Source of the DNA: an uncultured Chloroflexia bacterium
Lineage (GTDB): Bacteria; Chloroflexota; Limnocylindria; Limnocylindrales; CSP1-4
DNA: 64,000 nt
Assembly: GCA_963766735.1 (NCBI GenBank)
Contig: CAVYBU010000007.1
Coordinates: 389,742 to 453,741 of the forward strand
Direction of reading: 5' to 3'
A model generated the notes under the pieces. It saw only the letters and a list, made by a program, of their open reading frames with translations. It had not been told where the DNA came from and searched no databases. Shown here in pieces: positions 51,040 through 61,479 of the stretch. The first letter of the stretch is position 1; the number at the start of each line of letters is the position of its first letter. Made by a program: the position numbers and the translations under genes.

Positions 51040-51885
51040 GTGAGCATCATCGACCCCGAAACCCTGCTCGCTCGCATCGGCGACCCTGACCTGCGGATCG
51101 CGGACGTGCGCTGGTGGCTGGCGGATCCCGCGAAAGGGCGGCGCGACTACGACTCCGGTCACCTGCCCGGAGCCGTGTTCGTGGACCTGGACACCGACCT
51201 GGCCTCTCCGCCGGCTCCAGCTGGACCCGGACGGCACCCCCTGCCAGACCCGGCGACCTTCGCGACCCGGATGGCGGACCTCGGGTTCGATGACGACAGC
51301 GAGATCGTCGCGTACGACGACTCCGGCGGCGCGATCGCGGCACGCCTGTGGTGGATGCTGGACAACCTGGGGCACCCTCGGGTGCGGGTGCTGGACGGGG
51401 GGATCGCGGGATGGGCGGCGATCGGTGGACCGCTCACGGAGGCGGTGCGATCACATCAGCCGGGCCGGCTGCGCCTGCGGAACCGCTGGACGCGGACCAT
51501 CGATCGCGATGCCCTGGAGGTCCGACTGGGCTCGGTGGGGCTCATCGACGCGCGGGCGACCGAGCGATACCGCGGAGATCTGGAGCCCGTGGACGCGGCG
51601 CCGGGTCACATCCCGACCGCGATCAACCGACCGATCACCGGGAACCTGGGGCCGGACGGCCGATTCCTGGACCCCGAGTTGCTACGGACCCGGTTCGAAG
51701 GGTTGGGTGCGGACGTCGTCACCTACTGCGGCAGCGGCGTGAACGCGTGCCACAACGCGCTGGCGATGCGGCTGGCGGGTCTCGCCGATCCCCTCCTCTA
51801 CCCGGGGTCCTACAGCGACTGGGCCGGGACCGGGATGCCGATCGCGACCGGCAACGAGCCCTCGGTCATGCCGGCCGGCGGCTGA
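51040..51885 (+). CDS. thiosulfate/3-mercaptopyruvate sulfurtransferase (tandem rhodanese)
   Basis: Two rhodanese domains. Active-site CGSGVNA. GTG start. Confidence 0.8.
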   Translation: MSIIDPETLLARIGDPDLRIADVRWWLADPAKGRRDYDSGHLPGAVFVDLDTDLASPPAPAGPGRHPLPDPATFATRMADLGFDDDSEIVAYDDSGGAIAARLWWMLDNLGHPRVRVLDGGIAGWAAIGGPLTEAVRSHQPGRLRLRNRWTRTIDRDALEVRLGSVGLIDARATERYRGDLEPVDAAPGHIPTAINRPITGNLGPDGRFLDPELLRTRFEGLGADVVTYCGSGVNACHNALAMRLAGLADPLLYPGSYSDWAGTGMPIATGNEPSVMPAGG

Positions 51886-52177
51886 CCTTCACCGCGGCGG
51901 CCTGCGCGAGGGCGACGACGAGGGCCGCCGCGAACCCGATCAGGAGATCGCCGACGAGGGCCACCTGGAAGCCGAACATCGAGATCTCTGGCCCGACGGA
52001 CAGCCCCAGGCGATGTCCGATCAGGTAGAACGCACCGAACGCTGCGGCAATCGGGAGCAGGTAGGCGGTTCGTCCCCTCGGCCCGCCGGCGCGGGCGACG
52101 ATCCGGACCGCCACCACGCCGAGCGCGACGGAGCAGAGCATGAACAGCGTGACGAGGGCGTAGGCCTGCGGCGGCAT
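51866..52177 (-). CDS. small hypothetical membrane protein
   Basis: About 103 aa with three transmembrane helices. The ORF upstream of the ATG looks non-coding. Weak RBS. Confidence 0.3.
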   Translation of the reverse strand: MPPQAYALVTLFMLCSVALGVVAVRIVARAGGPRGRTAYLLPIAAAFGAFYLIGHRLGLSVGPEISMFGFQVALVGDLLIGFAAALVVALAQAAAVKVSRRPA

Positions 52178-52244
52178 ACCCCGACGATAGCGGGAATGCG
52201 CTTCCGGCGGGGCAGGTTCGACGGAGGCGGATGCCGGACGCGAG

Positions 52245-54558
52245 TCAGCGACCGCGGATGCGTGCCGTCCGGTAGCTCCGGTTGCCGGCCGCATCCACCG
52301 CACGCACGTAGTACCGCGCCCGGTAGACCGTCCTGATGCGGATCTTGGTGTTGCGCGTCGTCGCGACGGGCTTCGCCCGTCCGTACCGGTAGATGTAGTA
52401 CTTGACCACGCCCACGTTGTCGGTCGATCTGCGCCAGGCGAACGTGACATAGCGACCGGATCGCGCAACCTTGCGGAACCTGGCCGGTTTCGACGGCCGG
52501 ATCGTGTCCGCAGCCGTGGTGACCGTCATGCTCGCGGGCTGGCTGACGCGCCCCTCCGCGTCGACGGCGACCACCGTGTAGGCGTAGGTCGTTCGCGGCG
52601 TGCGCGAACCGTCGTAGATGGCCGTGATGGGAACCGTGCCGATGGGGGTTCCGTCCCGCGTGATCCGATACCCAGTCACCGCCGCATCGTCCGTGGACGC
52701 GGTCCATGTCAGGCGCACCGACGTCGCCGTGCGGGTGGCGGCAAGCGCGGTCGGGGCGGCGGGTCCTGCGCCGTCCGAGGCGGACGTTGGCGCCGGCGTC
52801 GGGGCCGAAGCCGGCGCCCGCTGTCCCGGTCGGGTCGGGGGTCGGAGGCTGCTGGGCGGCGGGGTCCGCGCTGGGGGCGGGGGTCGGAGCCGGCGGGGCG
52901 GGCATCGTCGCCGAGGCGCTCACGGCAGGCCCTTCGTTGCCGGACGTGTCGACCGCCGCCACGGCATACGCGTACGTCGCGCCGAGCTGCGCGCTCGCAT
53001 CGGTCCAGGACGTCGCGGACGCCGCCGGCGTGGCCACTTGCGTCCCGTCGCGGGTGATCCGGTAGGAGCCGACCGCCACGTTGTCCGTCGCCGCTGTCCA
53101 GGCAAGCGTGACAGACGGTGTCGCGGTGGCAGTCGCGGACAGCGATCCGGGCGCCGACGGGGCGATGGACTCGCCGACCCGCACGACTACCCCGGCCGAC
53201 GAGACCGACATCGACTTGAACGAGATGCCCGAGACCGGGTCGGTCATGGTCCGCCCGACGAGGAGCGGGGCGTCCTTGAGATCAGCCGTTGACGGCGTGG
53301 TGTCGAGAAGCTCCGTGCCCTTCGGGGCGTTCGTTGGGCTGGCCGTGCCCAGGCCTGCCCGGATCGTCACGCCGGTCACCGCCGGGGATCCGGCGGCGTA
53401 GTTGTCGAAGGAACCGTACGGGGTGCGGACGTCCAGGTCGAAGAAGCTGCCGTCACCGCGCGGGACGCGGACCAGCTTCACGCCTCCGGCACCGAAGTAC
53501 GGGACGATCGTGTAGGTGTTGCCGGGCTCGCCGATGACCTTCTCGGACGCCTCCAGCCAGCCGAGCTCGCCCAGCTGGGATCCGTGGTTGTGGCGGAGCG
53601 CGTTGTTGCCCATCGTGGAGAAGGGGTCTGCGTACACCTGCGTCGTGCAGTTGGCGGCAGCGGCGATGGTGACGCGCGTACCGCCGACCGTGCAGTTCCG
53701 CGCGTTCGCGTGGCCGAGGCCCATGTTGTGCCCGAGCTCGTGGGTCATGACCTGGACGTTGGTCGTCCCGTTGAGGTAGGTGAAGCTGCCCGGGGCGTAG
53801 CCCAGACCGGCGAACCCGCACTGGCTCGTGTTCGGCCAGAGGAACATCACGTTCGTGTAGGCGTTGAGGTCCACCCCGCCCGCCGTCGCGGCGTTCCAGC
53901 CGAGGGTGTGCCAGGTTGGCCAGTCGCAGCCGGTTGTCGAGGCGTTGATCGTGTACCAGCCGAAGACCGAGCCGGCCACGCTCATGCGGCCCTTCGACTC
54001 TTCCTCGAAGAAGGCCTTGACGCTGGTGCCGCCGCCGGTCAGCGCACTCTGGACCGCCGTCTTCGTGTAGGGCTGGGTCGCGAGGTTCGTGAAGTTGATC
54101 AGGACGACTGCGATGCTCTTGGCGACCGGTGCGGCAGCCGTGGCGGCCTCGAGGCTGGTGGTGGTGACCGTGGCGGCTGATGCGGCGGCCGCTGAGTCCG
54201 TCGCTTGCATGGTCGTGGTTTCGCCGGCCGTGGGCATGCGCGTGACGCGGAAGGTGCGACCCGGCCGTGAGGAGTCGATGCGGAGCGCCTTCCCGGCGCG
54301 GGTCCCGGTCACGGTGACGGTGGCGCCGCCACGGCCGACCGGACCGCCGTCGGCGAACTTCAGTGGGATCAAGCCTCGGGGGGTCCGGAGCAGGTACTCC
54401 TCGTGCTCACGGCCCGTCTTGAATTCGTCGACGTGGACGGCCTCGAGGGTTCCGGTCAGCGTCTCCTCGATCGCGCCACCAGGGACCACCGCGGCGACCG
54501 GGGCTGCGAATGTGACGGCAAGGAGGGCGGCAGCGAGGGTGGACAGGGTCGGGCGCAT
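52245..54558 (-). pseudogene. secreted zinc metalloprotease (HExxHxxGxxH metzincin-type) with three FN3 domains; frameshift in linker near 52740-52900
   Basis: Signal peptide MRPTLSTLAAALLAVTFAAPVAA. VMTHELGHNMGLGH motif. FN3 domain 1 is in frame with the protease. FN3 domains 2-3 (SVRLTWTASTDDAAVTGYRITRDG...) are in a second frame that ends at 52245. Confidence 0.7.
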
Positions 54559-54989
54559 TGGACTCCGAGCGCTTGGCTGCGGTGCTTCCCAGCTTTCGTG
54601 CCGGGCTCACCTGAGCGTCGGGCATCGGAGGTCGCCGGAGGATCGCCCAGGGGTTCCGGGTGGGGTCGATAAAGGTCCCGGTGCGCGGGTGCGTCGGCAC
54701 CAGAGGGCGTCAATCCGGTGCGTTGCGGTGCATGCGGCGGTGCGGCGGTCCGTGCTCCCGGCCGGGTGGTCGTGCGGAGATCGTGCGCCTGCACGGTGAG
54801 CACCCGCAGGTGGCCGCAGGGCGGTAGGAGGCACCGGCCGCGGTCGACGCGCCCGGTACGGGACGTCAGCACCTCCGGGTCGTCGTTGTACCCTTGTTTT
54901 GATTGTCACCAACGAGAGAGGCTCTGCACCGAACGGTGGCTCGAACCTGTGTTTGTCCGTCTGGGGGGAGATTGAGTCGTGGGCCGCAC

Positions 54990-55897
54990 ACGTGAGCCCT
55001 GAATACGGCTTCGTGATCGTCATGACGCTGCTCCTGGGACCGACGGCCATCTGGCTGGTGTTTCTGGTGATCCGTGGGCGAGAGGCCCGGCATGGCGAGT
55101 CATTCCTTGCGAGCTCCGAGTCGAGTGGCAGCGCCCAGGCCGCCGCGGATCGGATCGATCGGCTGATCGCCGAGGGGTTCTGGGTCTGTCCAACGTGCCG
55201 GTCGATGAATCGTCACGAGGCGAAGGCCTGCTACGGCTGTCGCACGGTGCCGACCACGAAGGAGGGCGCCGCACGGGACGAGACGCCCTTCCACGGCGTC
55301 CCGGTGATGGCCGAGGGCATCACCCAACCCCCGGACAGGATCCCGGAAGCCGCCGTGGTTCGCGCCAGGCCGCCCGAGCCGCTCGTTCGTGGCGTCCCGG
55401 AGGTGGCAGAGCAACTTGCCCGACCTCCCGCCACTGCTCCCAAGGGCCCGGCAGCGCGCCGGAGGTCACCCAGTACCGCTGCCGCCACGAGCGCGGCTGC
55501 CGCCGCTGCTACGGGTGCCGCTTCCGCAACCGTTGCCGCCTCTCCAGCCGTTGCGGTCTCTCCAGCCGTTGCGGCAGTTGACGGTCCCGGCCGCCAGCCC
55601 GCCCCCACTCGTTCACCGGACGCGGTGCCTGCGAGCGCATCGGTCTGCCCGTTCCTCGGGCTCAGCCACGATCGAACGACGTGGTGCGGCTTCCCGGATT
55701 CGAGAAATGTCTGTCACGCGGTCCCCGCGCCCGGCGAGACGTCGTTCAGGTCCGCAGCCCGGTCGATCATCGACCGATCCGCGAGGGCCCGATCACGGCC
55801 GATCGAGGCCGCACACCAGGGGTCGACGTGCCTGACGGCGGCTCATGAGCAATGCGCCCGATACCCGGCGGGCGACCCGGTTCCAGCTCGCCGCTAG
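54990..55897 (+). CDS. hypothetical membrane-anchored protein with CxxC..CxxC zinc-ribbon
   Basis: Transmembrane helix (VIVMTLLLGPTAIWLVFLVI), then CPTCRSMNRHEAKACYGCR, then an Ala/Pro-rich low-complexity tail. Start uncertain. Could be partly spurious. Confidence 0.3.
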
Positions 55898-56148
55898 TGA
55901 GTAGCTGACAGCTCCTCGACGACATCCGGGTCTGCGTCCCTGATGAGCCTGCGCATTCTGCCGAGGGTCCCCCGCGCCAGTCCCTGAGCTCAGCGATCCT
56001 GGTCGAGACAAGCTCCGATGCCGACTGGCCCCGGTTCGCGCGTGACTCGTCCGCGTTCTCCTCCCCGGGAGTTCCGGATCTGTCTCGTGTGCGGGGCGTT
56101 CGCAACGGACCTGACCCAGGAACCGCTGCCGGCAAGCGTGGAGCTTGG

Positions 56149-56165
56149 GCTACTCGAGATAGTCC
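56149..56165 (-). repeat. copy of the last 17 nt of sigA (gactatctcgagtag = DYLE-stop), about 1.2 kb downstream of the real gene end
   Basis: ctactcgagatagtcc occurs at 56149-56165 and again at 57384-57400, the true rpoD terminus. Confidence 0.7.
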
Positions 56166-56278
56166 CCCCTGCGTCCGTCGGGGTCCGTCGGCGTCAGGGC
56201 CCGGGGTGCATTCGTGCGTGAGGGGCTTCGATTTCGGTGCGTGACCGGTAGCGCGGACCGGGGTCCGGACACCGGCGA

Positions 56279-56300
56279 ATGCTGCCAGAAGTGCTGCCAG
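56279..56300. repeat. 22-nt direct repeat tgctgccagaagtgctgccag (second copy 57351-57372)
   Basis: Exact copies about 1.07 kb apart flank the XRE-containing segment. The downstream copy is a tandem 13-mer (gaagtgctgccag x2). Confidence 0.7.
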
Positions 56301-56720
56301 ACAAACGGGAAGCCCCCGGGTCGCCGGGCATCCCGCTAGCTGGTCGGGCGCTCCGCGCGGAGCCGGGGGCGAACGCGAGCTGTTGGTCAGCAGTCCCGGT
56401 AGCGCCAGCGCGGCGGCTCATCGCGTGGGCCGCGGAAGATGCGGATCATCCAGACGAGCCCGATCAGGGCGGCGACGATCGCGAGCAGCGCGATGAGGAC
56501 ATTGGACGGCACCCCCAGTAACGACCCACGGTCGCAACCGAAGCAGGGCTGGAGGCTGAGCGACACGAAGAACCCGATGGTCAGGATCAGGCCGGTGTGC
56601 GGTTCCTCATGGGGGCATCTTAGGCCCGCGATGCAACGGCGCTTGCCCCCGGTCGCCGCTCGCCGAGCTGACTAGCGAGCTGGGATCGAACACGAGCGCG
56701 CGGAGCCGTACCATCGCCGC

Positions 56721-56894
56721 CATGTCCACCGCCCTCGATGACGCCTGGAACGACCTCCACACCGCCACGCCTCCCGGCTGGTTCGTGGGCCGGCCGTCCT
56801 ACCACGAGGGGCTCAGGGTCTGGGAGCAGTACGCCTTCGATCCCCGCGAACGGGCCAAGGCTGGAGCCCGGTCGCGGGAGTGGACTGCAGTTTA
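56721..56894 (+). CDS. small hypothetical protein (57 aa)
   Basis: MSTALDDAWNDLHTATPPGWFVGRPSYHEGLRVWEQYAFDPRERAKAGARSREWTAV. Convergent with the XRE gene. Stop codons overlap. Confidence 0.3.
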
Positions 56895-57089
56895 GAGGGA
56901 CTTCGTGACGATCTTCAACTCTTCGGCGGTTGGCTTGGCGCCGCGGGAGAGCTGGATGAGCCGATCGGTGCTGAGCCGGGTTGTCGAGGCGAGCTTCTTG
57001 ATGCCAGCCTGATCGAGCGACTGCAACTTCCGGAACACCGGGACCTCGAATGCGACGATCGGGTCCTCGAACCCACTGCGGTCGGGCAT
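56892..57089 (-). CDS. small XRE-family HTH protein (65 aa), lower GC than surroundings
   Basis: GGGAGG RBS 9 nt upstream of ATG. HTH-like LASTTRLSTDRLIQLSRG. GC is about 60% against about 70% background. Confidence 0.5.
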   Translation of the reverse strand: MPDRSGFEDPIVAFEVPVFRKLQSLDQAGIKKLASTTRLSTDRLIQLSRGAKPTAEELKIVTKSL

Positions 57090-57384
57090 GTCAGGCGCCT
57101 CCCATCAATCAAACTGATCCCCGGAGGACGCGGGATGATTATCGCACGCTGTCAAGGCTGCGGCCCGCGAGCCTCGGAACCCGGCATCCCGGGTCAAAGT
57201 CCGTAGGTCCGCCTACGCCGTCACCCGTGCCCGGGCTCCTTGGTCAATGCGACCATCATCTCCGTCGACGTGCCTGGCGCTGCCTCGGTTCGCGCCGGGG
57301 ACCGTCCGCGCTCGTTCGTGAGCGTCTCGGCGAACATAGCACGAGAAGTGCTGCCAGAAGTGCTGCCAGCGTGAGTGGATAGCG

Positions 57385-59133
57385 CTACTCGAGATAGTCC
57401 TTGAGCTTGCGGCTCCGCGACGGATGGCGGAGCTTGCGGAGCGCCTTCGCTTCGATCTGGCGGATCCGCTCGCGGGTCACGTTGAACTCCCTGCCGACCT
57501 CCTCGAGGGTCCGGGCACGCCCATCCTCGAGGCCGAACCTCAGCTGCAGCACGCGCCGCTCGCGGCCCGTCAGGGAGTCCAGCACCGCCTCCACCTGTTC
57601 CTTCAGCAGCTGGTGCGATGCCGCCTCCGCCGGGGCCAGGGCCCCACGGTCCTCGATGAAGTCACCGAGGTGGGAATCCTCCTCCTCGCCGATCGGCGTC
57701 TCCAGCGACACCGGCTCCTGCGACACCTTGATGATCTCGCGGACCTTCTCCGGGGTGACCACCACCTCCTGACCCTTTGACATCGCCTCCGCGATCTCCT
57801 CGACCGTAGGCTCGCGGCCCAGCTCCTGGAGCAGCTGCCGGGAGACACGGATGAGGCGGTTGATGGTCTCCACCATGTGGACCGGGATGCGGATCGTCCG
57901 GGCCTGATCCGCAATGGCCCGGGTGATCGCCTGGCGGATCCACCACGTGGCGTACGTGGAGAACTTGAACCCCTTCTCGAAGTCGAACTTCTCGACCGCG
58001 CGGATGAGGCCGATGTTCCCCTCCTGGATCAGGTCCAGGAACGACATGCCGCGGCCGATGTACTTCTTCGCGATCGACACGACGAGGCGCAGGTTGGCCG
58101 AGGTCAGCTGCTCGCGCGCGTCGCGCCCGATCTTGACGACATCGCCCTTGCGGTCCCGCATCTTGGTCTGCGGCGGCACCTCGGGATCGAAGCCCATCTT
58201 CCGCAGCAGGTCGGAGTCGTTGCCAGCCTCGATCCAGCGCTGGAGCGCCGGGAAGGCCACCTCGTCCCGGGTCCAGACGTAGATCGCCCGCAACCCCACG
58301 TTGTCGCGGGAGTCCAGGTCCCCGTTGTGGACGGAGAGGAACGACCAGTCGAGGATCTCGAGGAAGGCCTCGGGCGTGGGCGCCGCGTTGTAGCCGGTGA
58401 TATGGGCCCTCGCCTGCTTCAGCAGCGCCGTCGTGCCGTCTGACTGCGCGTCCCTGCCGGCCTTGATCAGGTGGAAGTCCGGCGACACCGTGAACAGGTC
58501 CGCCGCACCCTCCCACAGGAGAGCATCGGTCGTCATCCTGTGCGTCTCGGGCCCGAACGGCAGCCGGTGCTGCGGCTTGGTCGTGCGCGTCTTGTGCTCG
58601 GTGTCGTGCAAGGTCCACTCATGGAGCGAGATGACCGCCTTCCACGGCTCCACGATGATCTGCTCGCCCAGCTCGATCGCCTTGGCCAGGACGACCTCCT
58701 CCTCCGCCGTGAGGAGCGCAACCTTGCCGATCTCCTTGAGATACATCCGGACCGGGTCGTCGATCCCGATCATGTCGGCGGCCAGCGCCTCAGCTTCGAG
58801 CTCCTCGGTGGTCGGCTCCTCCACCTCGGCGGCCGACAGCTTCGCCGGGGCGTCCACGTCGGCGGGCACGGTGACGCCTTCGGCTGCCTCTCCGGTGACG
58901 ATCTCGACGGAGAGGACAGCCGTGCGCGGCTCGGCGTCGTCCTCGAGCTCCAGGTCCTCCTCTTCCTCGAGGTCGTCGGCGTCTGCTGCGGCCGCGGCAG
59001 ACGCGGCCGGCGCCGCGGCGGCGCCCTTCTTCGGACGCATCGTGGCGAGCTTCGCCTCCTCGACCTCGCGCTTGCTCCGGCCGGGGCGTGCGAGTACGGC
59101 TTCGACGAGCAGGTTGTCCTCGGGGTTGGCCAT
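57385..59133 (-). CDS. rpoD: primary RNA polymerase sigma factor (sigma-70) with ~190-aa non-conserved insertion
   Basis: Regions 1.2, 2 ([31 protein letters not shown]), 3 and 4 ([20 protein letters not shown]). Acidic N-terminus. Insertion between regions 1.2 and 2. Confidence 0.9.
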   Translation of the reverse strand: MANPEDNLLVEAVLARPGRSKREVEEAKLATMRPKKGAAAAPAASAAAAADADDLEEEEDLELEDDAEPRTAVLSVEIVTGEAAEGVTVPADVDAPAKLSAAEVEEPTTEELEAEALAADMIGIDDPVRMYLKEIGKVALLTAEEEVVLAKAIELGEQIIVEPWKAVISLHEWTLHDTEHKTRTTKPQHRLPFGPETHRMTTDALLWEGAADLFTVSPDFHLIKAGRDAQSDGTTALLKQARAHITGYNAAPTPEAFLEILDWSFLSVHNGDLDSRDNVGLRAIYVWTRDEVAFPALQRWIEAGNDSDLLRKMGFDPEVPPQTKMRDRKGDVVKIGRDAREQLTSANLRLVVSIAKKYIGRGMSFLDLIQEGNIGLIRAVEKFDFEKGFKFSTYATWWIRQAITRAIADQARTIRIPVHMVETINRLIRVSRQLLQELGREPTVEEIAEAMSKGQEVVVTPEKVREIIKVSQEPVSLETPIGEEEDSHLGDFIEDRGALAPAEAASHQLLKEQVEAVLDSLTGRERRVLQLRFGLEDGRARTLEEVGREFNVTRERIRQIEAKALRKLRHPSRSRKLKDYLE

Positions 59134-59208
59134 GGTCGCGGGTCCTCCGGGCGGATCGGGCGGCGATCGGGACGCTTGGTTGTTGGCTGGGCGGGTCGGC
59201 GGGTTGTG

Positions 59209-59246
59209 GGCGGCGAGCGGGTGGTGGGCGGCGAGCGGGTGGTGGG
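59209..59246. repeat. tandem 19-nt repeat (gggcggcgagcgggtggtg x2) in rpoD 5' leader
   Basis: Exact tandem duplication in the dnaG-rpoD intergenic region. Gives a C-rich motif CACCACCCGCTCGCCGCCC x2 on the coding strand. Confidence 0.7.
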
Positions 59247-59249
59247 CGG

Positions 59250-61196
59250 TCAGGTCGCGCCTGACTTGGCGAGGAGTCGGGTCTGGTCGCGCCTGCGGTC
59301 CAGCGACCGGCGCTGTTCGTTGAGGAGGCGTTGCTCGAGCGTCAGCCGCTCCACGAGGTCACGGTTCCCGTCGCGCTCAGCCTCGGCGGTCGCCTCACGG
59401 TTGTACGAGCTACGCTCGTGCCACTCGGCATCGTCGAGCTCGAGCGTCAGTCGTTCGATCTCGTAGGCGAGCGAGCGGTCCCCGAGGTCCCTGGGGTTGG
59501 GCCCGGGGCGCGAGATGAGCGCCTGGCCCAGGGCGCGGCTCTCGTCATCGAGGCCGTCGAGGATCGTCGTCAGCGAGAACGGCGGGCGCACTCCGCTCTC
59601 ATCCCGCGCACGGGCGAGCACGATCGCCCGGTACAGCTCCCGCGCCACCTGCGACGGCAACCGGTCCGGGCCAAGTCCATCCAGCACTTCGTCGTGCGTC
59701 TCGGGCACCAGCAGCACCAGCCGAAGCAGCTCCTGCTCGGTCCGCGAGACCGCGCGCAGGATCTCGGTCACCGGCAAGGCGTCGGGCGCGCCCGTCACGG
59801 CCGCGGCGCTGAACCGCTCGCTTCCCGCGCGTCCACCGCGCCCGTCCCGGGCATCTCCCGGGTGTCCGGCCCGCCGGTGCATCGCCTCCAGCAGGGTCCG
59901 CTCCTCCACCCCGCTCACCTGGCGCACGCGGCCGAGGTAGGCGTCGCGCAGCACCGGGTTCGGCAGGTTCCTGATGATCGGCAGGACCGCGTCCACGAAA
60001 CGTGCCTGACCCCCGGGCGTGCGCAGGTCATGGGCGCGCGCGTGGACATCGATCAGGTGGTCCACGATCGGCCGGGCCGTGCGCACCTCTTCGCGCCAGC
60101 GGTCCGGCTCGTCCCGCATGACCTCGTCCGGGTCTCGTCCCTCGGGCAGGCGGACCACGACAACCTCGTCCAGCTCCACGCCGGACTCGCCGCCGGCCAT
60201 CTGCCGGATGACCTCCTCGAGCGCCGTGGCCCCGAAGGTCCCCGCCTTCTGGCCTGCGGCATCAACGTCGTAGGCAAGTGCGATCCGCTTCGCGTAACGC
60301 GTGATCAGCGCCACCTGGTGGGGTGTGAGCGCGGTCCCGAGCGACGCGACGACGTTGTCGAAGCCCGCCTGGTGCGCCATGAGGGCGTCGGTGTAGCCCT
60401 CCACGATCACGGCCTGGCCCGTCTTGCGGATCGCCGTCTTCGCGCGGTCGATGAGGTAGAGGGTCCGGCTCTTGTCGAACAGCGGGGTCGCGGGCGAGTT
60501 CAGGTACTTGGGGCCGCGGTCGACGCCGTCCTCGCCCTCCTTGCCCAGGATCCGCCCCCCAAGGCCGACCGGGTGGCCGCTCGCGTCCCGGATCGGGAAG
60601 ATCACGCGCTCGCGGAACCGGTCGTAGGTGCCGCCTCCGCGCTGGCGTGGGCTCGCGAGGCCAACCTCGAGGAGCTCCGCCGGGGTGACGTGCCGCTTGG
60701 CCGCCAGCGTGCGGGCCAGGGTGTCCCAGCCGCCGGGGGCCCAGCCCAGCTGGTGCTTCTCGATCGTCTCGTCCGTGAAGCCGCGGCCCTTGAGGTAGGC
60801 CAGGGCGGCTTCGCCGGTCTTCGAGCCAACCAGGACAGCGTGGTAGAAGGCGATCGCGGCCTCCAGGACCTCGCGCAGGCGGGCATTGTGGGCGTCCTCG
60901 CGCTTCGTCCGCTCGTCCAGCTCCACGCCCGCGCGTCCGGCCAGCTGCTTGAGGGCCTCCGGGAACGTGACCGAGTCCCGCTCCATCACGAACGTGAAGA
61001 TGTCGCCGTGCTTGCTGCAGCCGAAGCAGTGCCACGTGTCGCGCGCGGGGGTGACGACGAAGGACGGGGTCTTCTCGCCGTGGAACGGACACAGCCCCTT
61101 GAGGGTTGTTCCGGCCTTCTTCAGCTGGACCGTCTCCCCCACCACGTCAGCGACGGGGAGGCGGCCCTTGATCTCGGCAACGACGCCGACGGCCAA
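59250..61196 (-). CDS. dnaG: DNA primase
   Basis: Zinc ribbon [11 protein letters not shown]...CFGC, TOPRIM domain ([13 protein letters not shown]) and a C-terminal helicase-interaction region. Confidence 0.9.
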   Translation of the reverse strand: MAVGVVAEIKGRLPVADVVGETVQLKKAGTTLKGLCPFHGEKTPSFVVTPARDTWHCFGCSKHGDIFTFVMERDSVTFPEALKQLAGRAGVELDERTKREDAHNARLREVLEAAIAFYHAVLVGSKTGEAALAYLKGRGFTDETIEKHQLGWAPGGWDTLARTLAAKRHVTPAELLEVGLASPRQRGGGTYDRFRERVIFPIRDASGHPVGLGGRILGKEGEDGVDRGPKYLNSPATPLFDKSRTLYLIDRAKTAIRKTGQAVIVEGYTDALMAHQAGFDNVVASLGTALTPHQVALITRYAKRIALAYDVDAAGQKAGTFGATALEEVIRQMAGGESGVELDEVVVVRLPEGRDPDEVMRDEPDRWREEVRTARPIVDHLIDVHARAHDLRTPGGQARFVDAVLPIIRNLPNPVLRDAYLGRVRQVSGVEERTLLEAMHRRAGHPGDARDGRGGRAGSERFSAAAVTGAPDALPVTEILRAVSRTEQELLRLVLLVPETHDEVLDGLGPDRLPSQVARELYRAIVLARARDESGVRPPFSLTTILDGLDDESRALGQALISRPGPNPRDLGDRSLAYEIERLTLELDDAEWHERSSYNREATAEAERDGNRDLVERLTLEQRLLNEQRRSLDRRRDQTRLLAKSGAT

Positions 61197-61244
61197 TGCT
61201 GCTCCTGTCCCCGATGTCGATCGGAGTCTCCGGCGGACATGAGA

Positions 61245-61330
61245 GCGGGCCTGTCAAGTCTTGACAGGCCGCCACGAGCCGAGGTTACCCCGGGTCTTGG
61301 GGCTTGACAAGAAACGTTGTCAAGTGCCGT
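61245..61330. promoter_or_regulatory. divergent dnaG/CaCA intergenic region with two TTGACA-containing palindromes
   Basis: CCTGTCAAGtCTTGACAGG (61245-61263) and CTTGACAAgaaacgTTGTCAAG (about 61300-61321). Confidence 0.45.
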
Positions 61331-61479
61331 TGGGCGAGCGACGTGCCCGAGTGGCGCGGCGACGCGCTCCGTGTGGTCGGCGGCAAGGGCGGACGTGCGA
61401 CCGAGCCCGAGATCGAAGCGAGATCGGCCCGGCCGAGGGGTCGGCTCATGGGGGCGACTGTCTCCGTACACTTCGCGGC

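Noticed and set aside
52021-52740. C-terminal ~240 aa of the 845-aa ORF (Arg/His/Gly-rich)
   Set aside because: Non-coding-like composition. The FN3 domains are clearly encoded in the other frame (52245-52718 and its upstream extension).
55767-56135. 122-aa minus-strand ORF and other ORFs in 55.9-56.7 kb
   Set aside because: No RBS and poor composition. The region is treated as non-coding apart from the small ORFs listed.
56439-56675. 78-aa plus-strand ORF
   Set aside because: Composition is unconvincing. A more plausible 59-aa membrane ORF lies on the opposite strand (about 56399-56575), but it too lacks an RBS, so neither was listed as a feature.
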